Assembly (NCBI GenBank): GCA_002633005.1
Contig: NMRA01000311.1
Coordinates: 461,297-496,762 of the forward strand
Source of the DNA: Phoronis australis
Lineage: Eukaryota; Animalia; Phoronida
Direction of reading: 5' to 3'
DNA length: 35,466 bases
In this document: positions 32,618 to 35,466 of the stretch, piece by piece
How the letters are laid out: each line of letters starts with the position of its first letter
How positions within the stretch are numbered: position 1 is the first letter of the stretch
The notes under the pieces: generated by a model
Database searches by the model: none
Seen by the model: the letters and a program-made list of their open reading frames with translations, nothing else
Told to the model about the DNA's origin: nothing
Position numbers and translations under genes: made by a program

Positions 32618-35041
32618 GAGTGGAGTACAGTAACGAATTTCATGATTTTCATACATCATTTAACAAAAAGAGTTCTACTAAAATTTCATTAACAGTAATT
32701 AATTTCAGAAAATAAAATGCACTTCTTCAAAAAATACTTGTTCCTTGTAATAAATGAACATGTTTGAACAATGCAAGAACTTCAAAAACAAGGAACATTT
32801 CAAAAATCAGTTCACCAAGAGTCATAAATAAAATGCAGTGAAAACTAAATCAGGCTAATAATATATTCATACATGTATCGTTCTCGGTCTATGACAAGAT
32901 GTGAGAATTGAGGGATCAAAACAGAATGTACAAACAGAGAAATCACTACCAAATCATGAAACACAACCAAAGAAAAAGTGATTACATGGCCAGGAAGGAC
33001 TACAACAACAGTCTACGCTTCATCAGCACAGACTTTTTCTACTAAAGCTGCAACAATGACATCAGGAATAACAAATCATTTAACATGACAAATCCAAGAA
33101 TATCCCCAGAGACAAGAGCATAAAATAAAACGTAACAGGTTTCTGAACGTTTATCGGCAATGGTCACAAATGTGATCTTGGGAAGTACAATCCTTATACT
33201 AGAAATAGTGCCTAGAATTACCTATCATGGTTTTCAACCGTTTAAAATATCAGTATAAAAGTCATAGTTTCATTTTTGTTGACAATCATAGCAACAGTAA
33301 ACAGAATACACTCCATGGTGCGAACACGTTTCACTAAAAGTAACCCTAAGTTATACGTGGCGGAAATTAGATAACTTAGACATTTGATTACAAATTCATT
33401 AATTTTCCTTTAATTTAAAGCTACTGAACCTCAAGCCACTTAATCTTCTTTACTTGCATCTGTTCGCTTATCGTCATAGGCAAATAATCCATGTTTTGTG
33501 ACTGCAAACGCATGTTTCCGAGATCAGATAACTGAATTCATAGGTTCATGAGCTACAGTTCATAACTGCGCACGTTGTGTTGTCTGGGTACTGGGTAGAC
33601 GTCCTTATCCAACGATTGTTAAAGCCAATGTCTGTAATAAAGACACTGACAGACGGGTAAAAGCTCTCAGTATAAAGCAAGTTCACTTGTTGGATATTTA
33701 TTGTGCTGTTTATGCAACATTGATTTGTAAAACTTGCATGCACTTACTGACGTATACACAGAGTCTAGAAAAGAGTCTTCAAACTTATAGTATACTCTCC
33801 AGGATTCAAGTACAAGTGTGCAAGTTTACTCCAAGCATAGTCTGCAGTGGGTCAGTTTTCCAGTTGTTTTGAATGGAGTTTTAAACCTGGATTCACTACT
33901 AGGACTTTCAAATTTATTCTACACAACTTGAGCACAAAACATGCACATGCAATCACAATCTAGAGCAAACCATGCATATAACAAAACTTACTGTGTTACT
34001 AAAAGTTGGACTTCAGGCTAACCAGATAACGCATTTTGTAGTCTGAGTTCTCCTGTCTGTATCTCAGGGAAAATACTTCTAATTTGTCTCCAAACAGACC
34101 CCAAACTCCTGCTACGGACCATATTGGCCTCAGTTCCGAACTTTGGAGTCTACGGTGTGTCCAAATACCAATACATCCGTAACAGCGTAATAAAAAACAC
34201 GTTTTTATAAGAACTCGGTGTATTTTTAAGTCTTTTACATCGATTTTTGATGATTTATTGGTGTTAAACGATGAATTCAAGCGATAAGCTGACACCAGTA
34301 ACCCGTGTTGTTAACCGCTGAACAGACTGCGTGTGAAACCAATTACGTCATTGGATAATTTCAACACCTCCGTCTGCCGTCAGGTGTCAGGTAATGCAAC
34401 CCTATGTGCCGTTATGGAGTAGAACTACTCGATCTAAATTGATACAAATTAAGTTGGTTTTGGGTGGCATGCTCCTTTATAATTTTAAAAAGTTCGAGTA
34501 CCATTATTCCAGTGTCAAGCATAAAATCAGGGGATGACTACTTGATTGCCTTTTCCGGGCGGGTGAGCCTGCACTGTATGTGCTGATCTGATCAGAGATC
34601 AACATTTGGAAGTCGTAGACAAACAGTGTCTTTGTAAATTGCCCATTCCAAGTGGTAACATGTACCGTTTTATGTGGGTAAAATTGATACCGGTACACAC
34701 TTTGCGAAATTCCAATTCATAGCACAGGAGTACATGTATACGAAGCAACGAAGGGTTCCAATGTTGTAAGCTTGGAAAACCATTTATAAGTACTTCAAGC
34801 GGTGAAAACAGTAAATGCACAAATGTCAATCCTCTTAGCCTTAACTTCATCTACCAGGCGTTCAAGAAATTTATGAAAGTAAAATGTATGCAATTGTGCA
34901 ACAGTTTGCTCAACATAACTTATTCAATGTATGATACATCCACGTTATAGTCATTGTTAGATCTGTACAAAACTAGTTTTGCTTTCTCCAAAGTCCAGTA
35001 CAAATCATGGTTGTTTTTACATTTGACATCAACAGCATCAT

Positions 35042-35466
35042 TTAAACACAACACCATATTTATTTGGTGATACAAGTTAATGTAAGGTAGACCATGAATA
35101 GGAACTTGACATTGTTAAACACAACATCATATTTATTTGATGATGCGGGGGTAGACAAAGAATAGGAACTTGACATTGTTGAACACAACATCATATTTAT
35201 TTGATGATGCCGGGGTAGACAAAGAATAGGAACTTGGCATTGTTGAACACGACATCATATTTATTTGATGATGCGGGGGTAGACAAAGAATAGGAACTTG
35301 GCATTGTTGAACACAACATCATATTTATTTGATGATGCGGGGGTAGATAAAGAATAGGAACTTGGCATTGTTGAACACGACATCATATTTATTTGATGAT
35401 GCGGGGGTAGACAAAGAATAGGAACTTGGCATTGTTGAACACAACATCATATTTATTTGATGATGC
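35042..35466. repeat. Young minisatellite, at least 6 copies of a 64-bp unit (TTGAACACAACATCATATTTATTTGATGATGCGGGGGTAGACAAAGAATAGGAACTTGGCATTG), running off the window end
   Basis: The CATTGTT anchor recurs at 35110, 35174, 35238 and onward (period 64). The first unit is degenerate. Confidence 0.95.

Noticed and set aside
35042-35466. CRISPR array
   Set aside because: Head-to-tail 64-bp units with no variable spacers.

Overview
This is eukaryotic, AT-rich, intron-containing genomic DNA. The repeat content suggests a marine invertebrate (lophotrochozoan-like), which is an inference. Most entries in the ORF track are spurious, and the real genes appear only after splicing. (1) A + strand 3-exon gene (2307..2449, 9607..9724, 10481..10906) has matching splice phases and encodes a 228-aa protein with two transmembrane helices and a Pro-rich tail ending in an ITIM-like SLYDNV motif. 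(2) A - strand secreted mosaic lectin gene consists of a TATA box, a signal-peptide exon (24331..24403), two C-type-lectin exons (23089..23272, 21741..21966, with QPN/WFD motifs), a candidate acidic microexon (20674..20716), a broken TSP1 exon (19999..~20091) and a PAN/Apple-like last exon (16757..17019). (3) A diverged paralogous copy of the 3' end of that gene has an intact TSP1 exon (30884..31051) and PAN-like exon (29984..30261). Mobile-element remnants include a DIRS/Ngaro-type tyrosine recombinase (1..383), a frameshifted FEN1/XPG-like nuclease + CXC ORF (17870..18921), a tRNA-derived SINE, a Penelope GIY-YIG fragment, an L1/Tx1-type zf-RVT 3' end and several MITEs. There are four minisatellites (33, 41, 50/56 and 64 bp units). 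No prokaryotic operon or CRISPR array is supported.
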